Shown: one piece after another, positions 26,799-39,317 of the stretch
Layout: each line of letters begins with the position of its first letter
How positions within the stretch are numbered: position 1 is the first letter of the stretch
From: Takakia lepidozioides
Taxonomy: Eukaryota; Plantae; Bryophyta
NCBI GenBank assembly: GCA_030704615.1
Contig: CM060733.1
Location: 20,522,001 to 20,586,000 of the forward strand
Direction of reading: 5' to 3'
Length of the DNA: 64,000 nucleotides
Position numbers and translations under genes: made by a program
The notes under the pieces: model-generated
Seen by the model: only the letters and a program-made list of their open reading frames with translations
What the model was told of the DNA's origin: nothing
The model's database searches: none

Positions 26799-29700
26799 AT
26801 GGGGTCGGGCAAGTCAAAGCGAAAGCGGAACGGCCTGAAAGATGATGATCCTGGTGAGCCCGATGGGGGCGACGTGTCACCGAAGCGGCCATTTGAGGAA
26901 GCGATGCATGCCTTTGGAAGCGAGGCCACTCAAGGACGGGAGGAATCTGAGGAGTCGGAGCCCGAGGAATCCCTGAGAGCTCCGACAGACCAACAGATGT
27001 CTCCCATGCCAGCAGCCTTTTGGGAAGGGTTGTTGGCGCAGTTTGGTGGGACGTTGAAAGACGTGTTGAAGGCGACTAATGTCACTTCCACTAAGGCAAA
27101 GTTTAAGGTGAAGCCTAAGGAACCTGGCACCTTCGAGGGCGTCCAAAATCGGAGGGCACTCAACACCTGGCTCTTGGAGCTAGAGCAGTACTTCCGGGCG
27201 GCCAAGTTGGATGACGAAGATCGGGTGGAAGTGGCTCCCACCTATTTGAGGGGCTATGCTCAACAATGGTGGCAGAAACGCCTTCACGACCGAGGTCCAA
27301 ACCCGGAGACCTTGAACTGGAGTGGGTTCAAGGAACTCATGAAGAGACAATTTGTGCTCCTCAACGCATCATGGCTCACCCGGGACAAGATGAGGAATTT
27401 GAAGCAAACGGATGACATTCGGGGATATGTTCAGGCTTTCAATGTGCTGTTGCTCAAAGTCGCGGACATGGCAGAACCAGAAATGGTCTTCAACTTTGTG
27501 GCGGGACTAGCCCCATGGGCCAGACGGAAGTTGGAGGAGAAGCCACCTAAGACTTTGAACGAGGCAATTGAAAGGGCTGAATGTTTCTCGGATGTCCCTA
27601 GGGGCGAAAGACAAGGCCATACGGAGCTGAACCACAAGAAGGTCCGGCGGGAAGATGACTCCTTCCGACCGAAAAAGAAGTGGGATAGGCCACGCGGCGA
27701 CAATGGCACATGGAAATCGAAGGGAGGCCCTCACACGTCAAGACGACACCCGGTGCCCCGAAAGGAAAACCAAGTGCGGCGGCTTATGGCGGACAGAAGG
27801 CGACCTTCGATGGAGTGTGCTTTAATTGCGGGGAGCCCGAGCACACGGCCAAGAAGTGTACGAATCCCCGACAATTGAACATGACTCGGGCAACCACGGA
27901 GTTATCCGAAGCCTCCATCAGCCGCTTGGTGGAGGCGGTGGTCGCCAAGACTTGCAAGGTAGGCAACTACTCTTGTGAGTTGTATCAGGAAACTGGCGCC
28001 TTACGTAAAGGGAGTCAGTTAATGTTTGTGAGTGGGATAATCTCCGGAACTAACGTATCGTTGTTGGTGGACACAGGAGCGTCGCACTCCTTCATGATAC
28101 CGGCAACGGCACGGAAGCTGGGACTCCTGACAAGTGATGTGGGGGCCTCGATTGAGGTGCGTTCTGCTAAAGGAGAACCACAATTGGCGACGAGGTTGGC
28201 GTTCGATGTTTCTCTTCAGTTCGGGAGTTGGGAGGGACGTGAGAACTTCACCATTTGTGAGATCGATGGAGTGGATCTCATTTTGGGGATGACATTTTTA
28301 AGCAGATCCGGAGCGATCATAGATGGCCGCAAAAGAGTAGTCACGCTACCGTGTGGGAATGGTGGCAAAGTTTTACGAGTGTCGGAAACGCCCAACCCCG
28401 TGGGAGGGCAAATAAACCTTCTGTCAGCAAGGGAGTGGGCCGTGGAAGAGCCACACGAGCCCCAGTTTTTGCTTTACGTAAGACAAGTAAAGGAAAAAGG
28501 CGATGGGGAGCCGAACCCAGATTGGATCAAGGGGATTTTGGAGAAATATCAGGATGTGATGCCGGAGGATTTACCAAGCGGCTTGCCACCGCGAAGAGGA
28601 GTTGACCACAAAATTGAGGTGATACCGGGATCGGAGCCGCCTGCCAAGGCACCCTACCAGTTGAGCCACAGAGAGTTGGTCGAACTGAAGACTCAGCTCA
28701 AGGATCTAATGTCAAAGGGGTACATCCGGCCGAGTAAATCACCTTACGGAGCCCCGGTGCTATTCGCAGACAAGAAGGATGGGACGCTGCGGATGTGTGT
28801 CGATTACAGGGCTCTGAATAAGGCGACTATCAAAAACCGATACCCTTTGCCAAGGATCGATGACCTCTTCGATCGGTTGGCAAGAGCGAAGTATTTCAGC
28901 CGGATCGATTTGCGCTCCAGATATCATCAAATTCGAGTGGCGGAAGGAGATGAGGAAAAGATCGCGTGTAGGACAAGGTATGGTTCCTATGAGTTCTTGG
29001 TGATGCCCTTTGGGCTCACCAACGCACTTGCAACCTTTAGCACGCTAATGAACAGCCTTTTCCAGGAGTGGTTGGATGACTTTGTGATCGTGTACATTGA
29101 CGACATCTTGGTGTACTCGAAAACAAAGGAAGAGCACCTGGAGCACCTCAAAAAGGTGTTCCAGAAATTACGAGAAATGAAGCTGTATGCCAAAACTTCA
29201 AAGTGCAAATTCGGGGTCACAAAAGTGGAGTTCTTGGGGCATGTGATTACACAGGATGGGATCAAAATGGATGACAGAAAGGTGAGAGCAATCTTGGACT
29301 GGGAGCCTCCGACTTCGATCCCAGGAGTGCGATCCTTTTTAGGACTCGCCTCCTATTACCGAAAGTATGTGAGAAATTTCGCCAAGATCGCGGGGCCGCT
29401 GTCAGACCTCCTGTGTAAATCCAAAGTCTGGGTATGGAACACCTTTTGTGGCCAAGCTTTTGCCAAGTTGAAGCAGCAGATGGCGGAAGCTCCAGTCCTG
29501 AAAATCCCGGAGTTCGACCGCCCATTTGAGATTCATACGGATGCGTCGGACTTCGCGATTGGAGGTTTTCTCATGCAGGAGGGACGTCCAGTGGCTTATG
29601 AAAGTAAGAAACTGAATGAAGTGGAGCGGCGGTGGCCAACGCACGAGAAAGAAATGAAGGCGGTGGTGCATTGCCTTGAGCTTTGGCGCCACTATATTGG

Positions 29701-31369
29701 CTCCAACCCGGTGAAGGTGTTCACGGACAATGTCACGGTGAAGTATTTTGCCACGCGGCCTAAGTTGTCCCCAAAACAAATTAGGTGGCAAGACACTTTG
29801 GCACTGTTCGACGTGGATATCCAGTACAAACCGGGACGGGATAATGTGGTGGCCGATGCTTTAAGTATAAAGCAGCAGCTCATGATGGTGTACAGGGGCG
29901 AGACGGCGCTCCAAAGGAAGATTCGGAAGGCTTACTGGAAGGATGAGATGGCGAAGTCCGTGACGCGGGACTTGAGGATGGGGGTTAAATCGCAGTTCCA
30001 CTTGCAAAATGGAATGCTCCGGTATAAGCAAAAACGTCTCTATGTGCCGATGGGAGGGATCAGAGATAGTCTCTTGAGAGAATGTCATGATGGCCCGCTT
30101 GCGGGCCACGGCGGAGCCAAGCGCACCGCGGCACTCCTGAAGAAAAAGTATTTCTGGCCCAAACTGAGGGAGGAGGCTGAGGAGTACGTCAAGACATGCA
30201 CCACATGCCAACAAAACCGGAGCGAGTACAAAAAGCAAGTGGGGCTGTTACAACCCTTGCCGATTCCAGAGGGGTCTTGGGAAAGTGTCTCGATGGACTT
30301 CATGACTGCTATGCCGCTGTCAAAAGGATTCGACGCAATCATAGTGATGGTGGATAGGTTCAGTAAAATGGGTCATTTCATCCCCACCAAGGAGACGGCA
30401 ACGGCGCAGGAGACGGGGCGACTTTACTTCGCCCACGTCTTCAAGCATCATGGACTCCCGAAGGATATTGTCTCGGACCGCGATCCAAAGTTTACTAGTA
30501 AATTTTGGAGGGTACTTTGGAAGAAAATGGGGACGAGGCTCAAAATGAGCACCGCCTTCCGACCTACGACGGACGGCCAAACGGAAAGGGTGAATTCCGT
30601 GGTGAAGTAGATCTTGCGGAATTGCGTGTCAGCAGACCAATCGGACTGGGTGGAGCACTTGGATGCGGCAGAGTTCTGTTATAATAACACAAAACATTCC
30701 GCAACAGTAGTTTCCCCTTTCGTATTGGTCTATGGAAAAGCACCTCTGGTGCCGACAAGTTGGGCCGCCCAAGACGTTGAGGAACCGGCAGCAGCGGCAG
30801 TGCTGGAAAAACGCGAGCGTTTGTTGAAGCTCGCAAAGTACAACATTGCCAAAGCTAGGAAACGGTATGAACGGCAGACGAATCGGAAGCGGAGGGAGGT
30901 TAAGTTTGAGGCAGGCATGGAGGTCTGGTTGAACATCAAAAATTTTGGACTACCTCCGAAAGTGAGACCGAAGTTTGTACCTCCGTATGCGAGACCCTTT
31001 TACATCCGGAAGGTTATGAATGAGGATGTGTATGAATTGGAGCTGCCGGCAAATAATAAGGTGCATCCGGTATTCCACGTCTCCCTTTTGAAGCCTTACT
31101 TCAAAGATGAAGCGCGTCCAAATCGGCCTCAAGTTTTGCGTCCGCCACCTGTGCTGTTGGATCATGAAAATGAACCTGAGTACGAGGTGGAGGCAATGCT
31201 TAAGTCGAGGAGGTTCAAGAATCGAGAAACGGAGTATCTCGTGAAATGGAAGGGCTATCATCATGTGGAGGCATCTTGGGTGCGTGCCTCAGAAGCGGAA
31301 GAAGCGTTGATGGGGACATCAACCTTAGAGCGTGGGGGAGGAAATGCATGCTTAGCCCGGCTTAGCTAG
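26799..31369 (+). pseudogene. Gag-Pol polyprotein with a frameshift near 27720 and an in-frame TAG at 30608-30610
   Basis: Gag (PGTFEG...WLLELEQYF), zinc knuckle [14 protein letters not shown], protease [21 protein letters not shown], RNaseH TDAS, integrase HHCC and D-D-E (SMDF, SDRD, QTERVN), chromodomain YEVEAML...YLVKWKGY. Confidence 0.93.
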
Positions 31370-32215
31370 CTCAGGAATCCAATTGCAAAAACTTGTATTG
31401 TACAAATTTTGTTATTAAAGGAATGGTTTCCAAATGTTGTGCGTCCTATTTTGTTTGGAATGGTGATGCATGGTATGGTTGGCTAGTGTGTAGAATGCAT
31501 GCTAAGCTTACAAAGTGGGAGAGATAAATTGGATTAATCGTGTGTTTGTGTAGTGCCGAAATCGGATGACTCCCACCCAAGGGGCAAGGAAACTTGCACC
31601 TTCATTGGGAGTTCACGTGCTAGTGCGCACCTGGCGCGTGCACGTACTATAACTGCGCTACCGAGGGGGTTGCCTTGTAGTGCGGGCTAATGCGGAAGCT
31701 ACGTGCTTCCGTTCACGTACTATAATCGTGTAGCCTCGGGACGAAGTCGTAGTGCGGCTTCGGTGTGTTCCCGTACCTCAGGCCAGCATTCCAAAGCGGA
31801 CCCAATTGTAGTGATTGAGGCACACGGTTGGTTCAAGGTTATCTTCCTAGTCAAAAAGGGTTTAAGGCGAACCCTTGCTCAAGGTGATGCCAAAAGCGAC
31901 ATCACGAGCGGTCGCAAGCAAATGTTGTTGCAGTAAGGCGATTCGATCCTCGGGGAGGATCGATCCTTGGCCCTGAAGTGGGTCAAGAAGAGTGCACTGG
32001 GAGGGGCTTGAGAGGCTCCACCCTTGGCCAGGACTTGGAGGAAGTCGGCCGAACTAGCTAGTGGAGAGAAGAGTCAAGTAGGGGTTTGGTTCTTAGCCAT
32101 GGGACGCCATGGTGCGGAAACAAACTCCTTGATGTGGGACGCCACAACTTGGATGTTCGTTTCTACAAAATGGACAAGTCGATGAGGACATCGACTCCCT
32201 GTTGGTAGGGGTGTG

Positions 32216-32940
32216 TGTCGCGGCCCTTTGCCTTGAGGGCAGGGGGTCGGGTTGCAGAGGGGCTGCCCTTATGGTGGGGGCGGTGGCAGCAATAGGTACG
32301 GGGGGCTGAAGCAACCTCAAGTGCCCAAGGCACTCAAGGAGGTGGAGGCACTCACCAGGAGGAGCCCCGCACACCGGGTTGCGGTAGGGGTGGCTCCACA
32401 AGGGGTGGTGGTAGCTTAGTGGGACTTAGTGGGGGTGGCATAGGACTCACCATGGGGGCGGAGACCTTGTGGTGGGAGTCGTGGGGAGTCTTGGGACTCA
32501 TCACGGTCCAAGGGGACCGTGGTGGGTGGGCCAAGACTCACCGCGACTCATCACCGGGAATCGAGGGTTTTCGTGGTGGTTCGCCATAAAATGGTGGTGT
32601 TGTTTGTGAAACCCCCGCGGACAGTCACAGAAGTATATATAGGGAGTAGTAACCCCGAGAACGGTGCAAGCCCGTTGGTATCCAAAAACTAGTGAGTAAG
32701 CGTGCGAGCCGGAAAGCGACCAAGGTGTGGGGAGCTATTCCGGACTGTCATCGACCAAAGGGAATTTCCACTAGGCCCAAATTGGGAGAGGGTCTAGTGG
32801 AGGAGTAAAGGGGGACCGTTAGGCCCCGGTGAGCAGCCGAAGCTCCAAGTTGGCCCGGCGGCCAGTTTAGGAGTTAGGCGTGCGCATCAAGTGAGTAACT
32901 ATGACTTGAAGGGGAGCTTACCGAAGTGAGGTGTGCGACA
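32216..32940 (+). repeat. 3' LTR
   Basis: Direct repeat of 26019-26743. Confidence 0.95.
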
Positions 32941-33799
32941 AATAGTGCCAGGACTACAACAAGGTACATTGGGCTGCAGGTCATGTGTTGCAAGGGCTAC
33001 TGAATGATTTCCATGAATGCCCGAGTGCCTGAATCCCCTTGGTGTCATAGTAACGGACTGTTGTTTTGGTTATTGTAGGTATCACTGCTCATATGGTCCA
33101 CATGACAGAATTAAGTCCCTCTTGGAGGTTACCCCTGCAATGGCACACAAGAAACGCCGAGTGAAGCTTGCAAAGAAGAAGGGGAGGAAGCCAAGAGTCA
33201 CAGCTGCTTCCACTGAAGCAAAGGCAAAACAAATGAGGACCACACAAACAAAATTGGGGGAAGGCATCAATCGGGGATGCATGTGCAGGTTTGTAGTGAA
33301 GCAATGATATGTGGACCCTCATATTGCAGAGCTGGTCTATTATGAAAAGACACATGTGAATGGGGTTGGATAGGTCTGCCATAGACTTGCGCATCAAGTA
33401 GGTCGTGTTTCATTAGCTCCCCACCTAAGCGATGAGATGAAATCATGGGTGTTACACAACCTCCATCTCAGACTAAGCATCAACAAGATAATGGCCAAGC
33501 ACATGCAGAAGGTGAGGGAAATCATGGATGGGGGGTTAGAGGTTACTCGTGACACCTTCCTTCTTTCAAATGACATCCGAAATATTGCCAACAAGTGCGA
33601 TGAAGAAACTTTCAAAAAACACTCAAATGATGCTTTAAGTGTCTGAATGTAGGTGCATGAAAACCCAGGAACCGTTTTCACCCTTCAACCCAGAGTCATC
33701 CATATGTTCACACAGAACTTGCTGAGATTTAATAAATTGGTGTGAAACCAACCAGTTACCAATGCTTCTGAACATATACTTGTTGAAACAGTCCTAGTC

Positions 33800-36700
33800 C
33801 GAAGTATTGGGCATTCTGTCACTGCACAATACATGTAAGCAAGGAAACGACACTATGAAGTGAACCGACTTTCCTGGGACGTTTACACCGTCTGTGTGTG
33901 AGGGGAGCTGGAGTGGTGGCCACAGGGAGGACAAGGCTGCTGCAATCTCCAACTTTCCGTGGGGGTTTGGGCATTGCATATGGAGGCTCGTGCAATGGGT
34001 GACCGTCAAGCTCGTGCAAAATAATGTCTTGAAGTTCATACCTTTCCTCACGCACGGCCTCAGCAGGGAACCAGTCTGATGTCAGCTGCAAAGAAAGAAA
34101 AACAAACAATGAACAAACAATGATCATTGGAAGAAATTCATACAATTTTCGGAAGGATATTCATGTTCATTCTACTTGATACATGGATTCAGGGCAATAG
34201 GTAAGTCCACGTGTGGCATGGAGCACGGCCTTCTTCCAAGGTACGGCAACAAGAAGCTAGAAATGCATACACATTGTACTCACTTGCATAAAATTGGCAC
34301 AATAAGGGCTTCAACACCCTCAGTCCTGAAGAAGGGGAACTGTCTTTGCATTCAAGTCCGTACAAAGTCGACTTGATTTGCCTGCTTTGCACAATGATAT
34401 CCATGTGAAGCTATCTACAACACGGATTTTATTGCACACATGTTCAGGAAGAGAAAGTATTTTAACTGACACCCAGAAGTCCATCAGATGGTCACTGATC
34501 CACCCCCTTGCAAAGAGCAAGTCATCTGCATTTTCTAGTCTAAAAGGAACTTGCGAAACCCGAGAGCCCTTCAAAAACCATATGTCATGTGTTTTTGCCA
34601 CCACTGCACCACTGGCCCGCTTGCAAAAAAGGCACATACCTCATTGCTATGAGAATCCGCCCACATAATTATGCACATGCGGGCCACTTGCAAACTGTGG
34701 ATGGAAGGTATACCATATCATGCATGAAAAAAGGTGCACAGGCATCGCAACTCACAATACGTTTTCGAGGCCATCATGTATCCTGCACATCCAGGAGCCC
34801 AATATGTCAATGCATGTGCAACGTCGAACATACAACATTTCCAATCTGGAGAGGAGCGACCGTTCACATTCAAAAACCACAATGGCACTGGATACCTGGA
34901 CATGGTTTTGTTGCGCTGCAATGCAAGTGCTGGTTGGGGCAGCGCATCCTTTGCCTTGGCAGCAACCATGGTATGGATGGGCTTGGGTTTGGCAAAGGTG
35001 GTAGTGGTTGCATTTTTATTGAATGCCCGAACGCTGCCATCTACATCACCAGGAAATCATGTAGTAGCCGTTGTACTGTGAGGTGTATCAGCACCATCAA
35101 ACAAGATGTGGTAAGGTCGCATAGGCGAAGGCACTGCGAGAACCATCGCATTGGGGGTGGGAGGCTTTGTCCCATGTTTAAGCATTGAGTTAGTTGGGGT
35201 CACGGAAGATCCGACAGTGCTTACTGCATGTACAATAGCACCCTCATCAGTGGAATATCGCATACTAAGGGGTGGTGGACTTTGAAACTCAGTTATGTCA
35301 CTGAGGGTTTGTTCTGAAGTGAAAGAGGCCACAGGGGGAAGCGGTCGACACAATTCAGGAAATACCTAAGTGGCGCTTAGTTCCATTTCAAGTTGAGTCA
35401 TGGGACCTGGTTGTGGGCACTGTATGTCGTCACAAGTTTCTTCAGTAGGCAGGATCGTTTGGGGCTAAGGGAGGACATGATCCGAGAGCACATGTTCCAC
35501 CACGGCATTGTTGGTGTCATCAAAAGGTGTGGAATTGCATGCCATGTTAGCGGCCAAAAGGAGTGCCCCCATGTTCGTATTTGTACTTAGGTCAACGAGT
35601 GCGCTTGACTGCAGTTCAGGGACAACCGCATCCTTATGTCCACACTTGGCATTGCAGAAACGTGCCTCATCCCTTGTGAGCCTCTCAATGTGGACCTCAT
35701 AGAGGATTTGTCGGGCAGCCTCAAGTTTGTCATGTAGGCTGGATTCCCCGTAGTCAAGACAGCCTACACACCAACCTCCGCATTTTGAAAATGTGGCCGT
35801 GACAAGAAAAGAACTGAGAACAACACCAAGGACATTGTTAAGAAGCACCAGGAACTCAAATGCAATAGCACAAACCGTGGTAAGGGCAATACACACCAGG
35901 TGGACAAGGAAGCCAGCCCATGTCGACATCCTCCCGATGCCTCGAAATGACATTGAAGTCGTTCAAGGCTTTTTTCTTGTCCCCTGCACCATCAGTTGGT
36001 ATACTCCCACACCACAATATTCTGAAGGCAAGAGGATTCAGAACGGCGAGGTCACGCACAGCCCTGCATCGGACCTCGCGCATCAACCCATGCAGATCTT
36101 CAAAAAGGTGCTCGCAGTCCGCACTCCCAGAAGGGCTGCAAGTCCTTCGCACACCTGGGTTCGGGCTTCCTCGTATGGGGGCATGCCTTCGTACAGGAAG
36201 TATCCAATATCCAGGAAATTCTCACCCGCATTTGTAATGGCACACTGGCCATCTTCTGTGTTGAGAAGATGATTTCGCAGAGTTAACAAGATGGAGTTTC
36301 GGGGAATTGGTTTCATGTTGTGAACGTGAGACATCAAAACCTGACGGAACACCCTGCTGAAAAGCGGAATGTTTGGAGGTGGAGCGTGGTGGCGAGCAGC
36401 CTGAAGAATGACCATCAACCTATTAGATTCATCCTCAGAATGTGTGAACATATCGGGGGGCAGCTCAGGGATCTCACCTGCTGCAATAATTTGGTACAGA
36501 GGGGACCAACCCCAGATTCCCTCCTATTTCTCATCATATTGTTCTCTATCCCATTTTTCCATGTTGTCGTCAACGAACTGTCGTCTACGAGCCTCCAACT
36601 TAGACTCAGCTCCAACTCCTTTCATTTCGAAATCCAACAATGCCATGGCATATTTGTGTGCCATCACCAGTTGGCATTCCGCCAACTGAGCGGGATGGTC

Positions 36701-37200
36701 ACGAGTTACTCCAGGACGTATGGCAAATAGCTCCACCACATTTTGCAGAGCTGTCTTCTCCTCTGGAGGTGCATCAAACTGCTCCCCCGCCATTGCAGAG
36801 ACATGGAGCTGGTCAGAAGTAGAAGAAGACTAACCAAAAACCCTAAACTTGAAAGGCAACTTCAAACAAAATGCAAAGACATGCATCATCAACGAAGGAG
36901 TTGTGACCATGAAGGTGCAAGCCAAGAAGAAGGTGTGTTACCTGTCATTTAAGCCACCATTGACCAAAAGCGTTGCCCATCATTTGGTCCCCGAACTCAA
37001 ATTTCCCAATAAGAGCCACGAGACGGTTGAGAAAATAAGGCTCGTCCAAAGATGGAAATCTGTCGGGCAACAAGTCGAACTTCATCAGATAGGTTAGTAG
37101 CAAGGTTTGGAGAATTTGGAAGTAATTCGTGTGATTGGTAGCTATTTTCTTCCTCTTGCTTTCCATTTTCTGTCTGTTGCAGTCCATTTGCGTGCTTCAT
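33800..37200 (-). pseudogene. Degenerate multi-exon MULE cargo gene ending in a Ulp1/C48 SUMO-protease-like domain
   Basis: Consecutive minus-strand protein-like fragments (36945-37187, 36524-36793, 36083-36451, 35465-35953). ADDLLFARGWISDHLMDFWV...IRVVDSFTWISL (34320-34637) and ...KVGDCSSLVL (33819-34145) resemble the Ulp1 N-terminal and catalytic Cys motifs. Confidence 0.55.
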
Positions 37201-37734
37201 GTTTTAGTGTGAGTTCTTGCTTTTACATTCCAGCAACCTTTTGCTCTGCTGGAGGATTCTTCAGGAGGAGGGTAGTGGATTTGGAGTGGGCGCTGATATG
37301 GTGAAACAATCCTCTATTCGCGAAGCACGTTGGACGTACAATGAAACGTAAGACTCTGATGAGTGGGAAAATCCCATATGCGAGGCTCACTCAGAGGCAA
37401 GGGTTGAGCAGCCCGGTGATAATAATAGGAAGCCATTCAAGTGTATCCATTGTCTTAAGCAATGTAAAGATAAGAAGAAACTTAACATTCACAGGATAAA
37501 TGGCTGTGATGCTGCTGTGGGAAAAGGTGGGCCTAAACTCAAAATGTACCCTGTTTTTGAAAAGGGGAAGAGACACATCATGGAGGGTGTTCTTAGTAAG
37601 CACGAGATGAAGCCTCCTTCCTGCAAGTTGATGAAGACAAGGGTAGAACGTGAGGAGACGACGGTAGCAGAGACTACACGAGAACCTAAGCGCATGAAGC
37701 ACATACTTCTTCGGAAGGAGCCGGGAGTGGACCC

Positions 37735-37765
<31 letters not shown>

Positions 37766-39317
37766 TTCGAGTTGTTGGACGCACCTCCTGCGCTGCCACA
37801 GCAGACTGTTAGACCTCGGCGCATTCAAAATGACTCATTGGACGCGTCTCCGCCATCACAGGAAAGTCTTCCATTTGAACGCATTGTGAAGTCTACGTTT
37901 GTAGGACCTCATACCGTGCCATAGCAAAGTCTTCGACCCGAAGTACAGGTTGGAGTTGCATCTTCAAGTAGACAAGAGGGCAGACCTCAAATGCACATTG
38001 TGAAGTCCACACCCCATGCACTGCTAAGTAGAGAAGAGGCCAGGGAAGGCTTTGTGAAACCCTATACTGAAGTCGAATGAGTAATCGCTTCACCGCCACA
38101 GCTCAGTCAACAGTTTATAACAGCCGCGATGCATACTGTGTAAGGAAGTGCTTGTAACACCGCTTCCGCCGGGATCATACATTTTGGGCCATGCAAACGC
38201 TAGGAAGCTTGGAGAACCTGTCATATGGCTGGCATGAATTAAATCAATCAAGCATTGACGTGGGGAGTGACAGCTCGACAGGTCCACTATGTGCGTGCGA
38301 ATTGGACGCAAAAGGCACGAAAGCATGATCATTGCGATCTCTCTAGGCCATATATGAGTATGTGTCACATCTTGTCATGTAAGCCGTCTATCATCATGGG
38401 TGATTGCAGCACATGGATCATGTTACATTCCATCCATCTGATTCATGTGCTAATGCCGTGCGCGATGTTGGGTTGTGGTGACAGGTGTATGTGCCACAAA
38501 GTTCCTGTGGTGTGGTGACGGCGGGCGGGGCGGGGAGGGCGGGCGGGCAGGGGATGGGGGGCGTGGGGGGGGGGCGCGGGAGGGGGTGGCGCGGGGGCCA
38601 AGGGGGCGCCGGGGCGTAGCGACCGCGAGCTGCGTAGGAGCCGACGAAGCGGGTGCGGCTGGGGTGGCGGGGAGTGCCACGCAGGGAGGACCGAAGGGGT
38701 CGCATTAAACTCTAGGGCCCTTTCTAATGTGCGCCATTATTCAACAATGAGCAGTGCTCACAATTCAGGCCCTTGAGGAGGGGGAAAAATTAAACCCCTT
38801 TCACATAAACGATTGATTTTTTTTTTTGTGATACTATCCCAATATATGCCAGGGTCTGGTACAAACTTTATTAGGTATTAATATTACTATTAGATGTATT
38901 AAAATTTAGAACCTCAATTAATTTAGGTGCAAAAAAATTTTCTCTTGTCACATTCTTCACCATACACCATAAACCCAGACCCGCCTAAGTTTGCATTCCA
39001 CCTCCTCAACAATGGTAGGGGTTGACAACGAGGTAGCCAAGTGATAATGGACATATACCACGTTGGATGTGGTTGTGGGTTCAAACCAGGGTCTGGTGTG
39101 TCATGAAGGTGTCCACCTTTTAGCTTGAAGGCAGTAGCCCTTATTGTCACGGACATAGTCCAGATGAACTTACCAAGAGTAAATACCAAAAGTTACCAAA
39201 TTACCATGTTACCAAAAGTTAGCATGATTTATCATAATTTACCATGATCTACCATAAATTACCATTAGTTACCAAGTTATCGGGAGTTTACCAAATTATC
39301 GAAAGTAACTTGGGAAA

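Larger units (their letters stand above)
26019..32940 (+). mobile_element. Ty3/Gypsy chromovirus LTR retrotransposon (Galadriel-like), full length, defective
   Basis: 725-bp LTRs at 26019-26743 and 32216-32940 (TGTCGC...GCGACA, ~98% identical). TSD aacag/aatag (1 mismatch), tRNA-iMet PBS, and gag-PR-RT-RH-INT-chromodomain order. Confidence 0.97.
25800..33680 (+). pseudogene. MULE transposase N-terminal remnant (At4g13970/At1g60560 SWIM-MULE-like family), split by the LTR element and truncated before the DDE core
   Basis: Upstream of the LTR element: AEVAYIP*NRVAEFIIGE. Downstream: YHCSYGPHD...RGCMCRFVVKQ*Y...YYEKTHVN...VCH...APHLSDEMKSWV...RDTFLLSNDIRNIA...HSNDALSV*M*VHENP. Several stops. 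Confidence 0.7.
25038..38735. mobile_element. Mutator-like element (MULE) with ~300-bp GC-rich TIRs, interrupted by an LTR retrotransposon
   Basis: Perfect 9-bp TSD attattcaa at 25029-25037 and 38736-38744. Termini ggcgcacattagaaa... / ...tttctaatgtgcgcc, with diverged TIR similarity extending to ~25335 and ~38455. Confidence 0.92.

Noticed and set aside
27710-27878. Programmed gag-pol frameshift
   Set aside because: The shift falls before the gag zinc knuckle with no clear slippery heptamer. More likely an inactivating indel in a single-ORF element.
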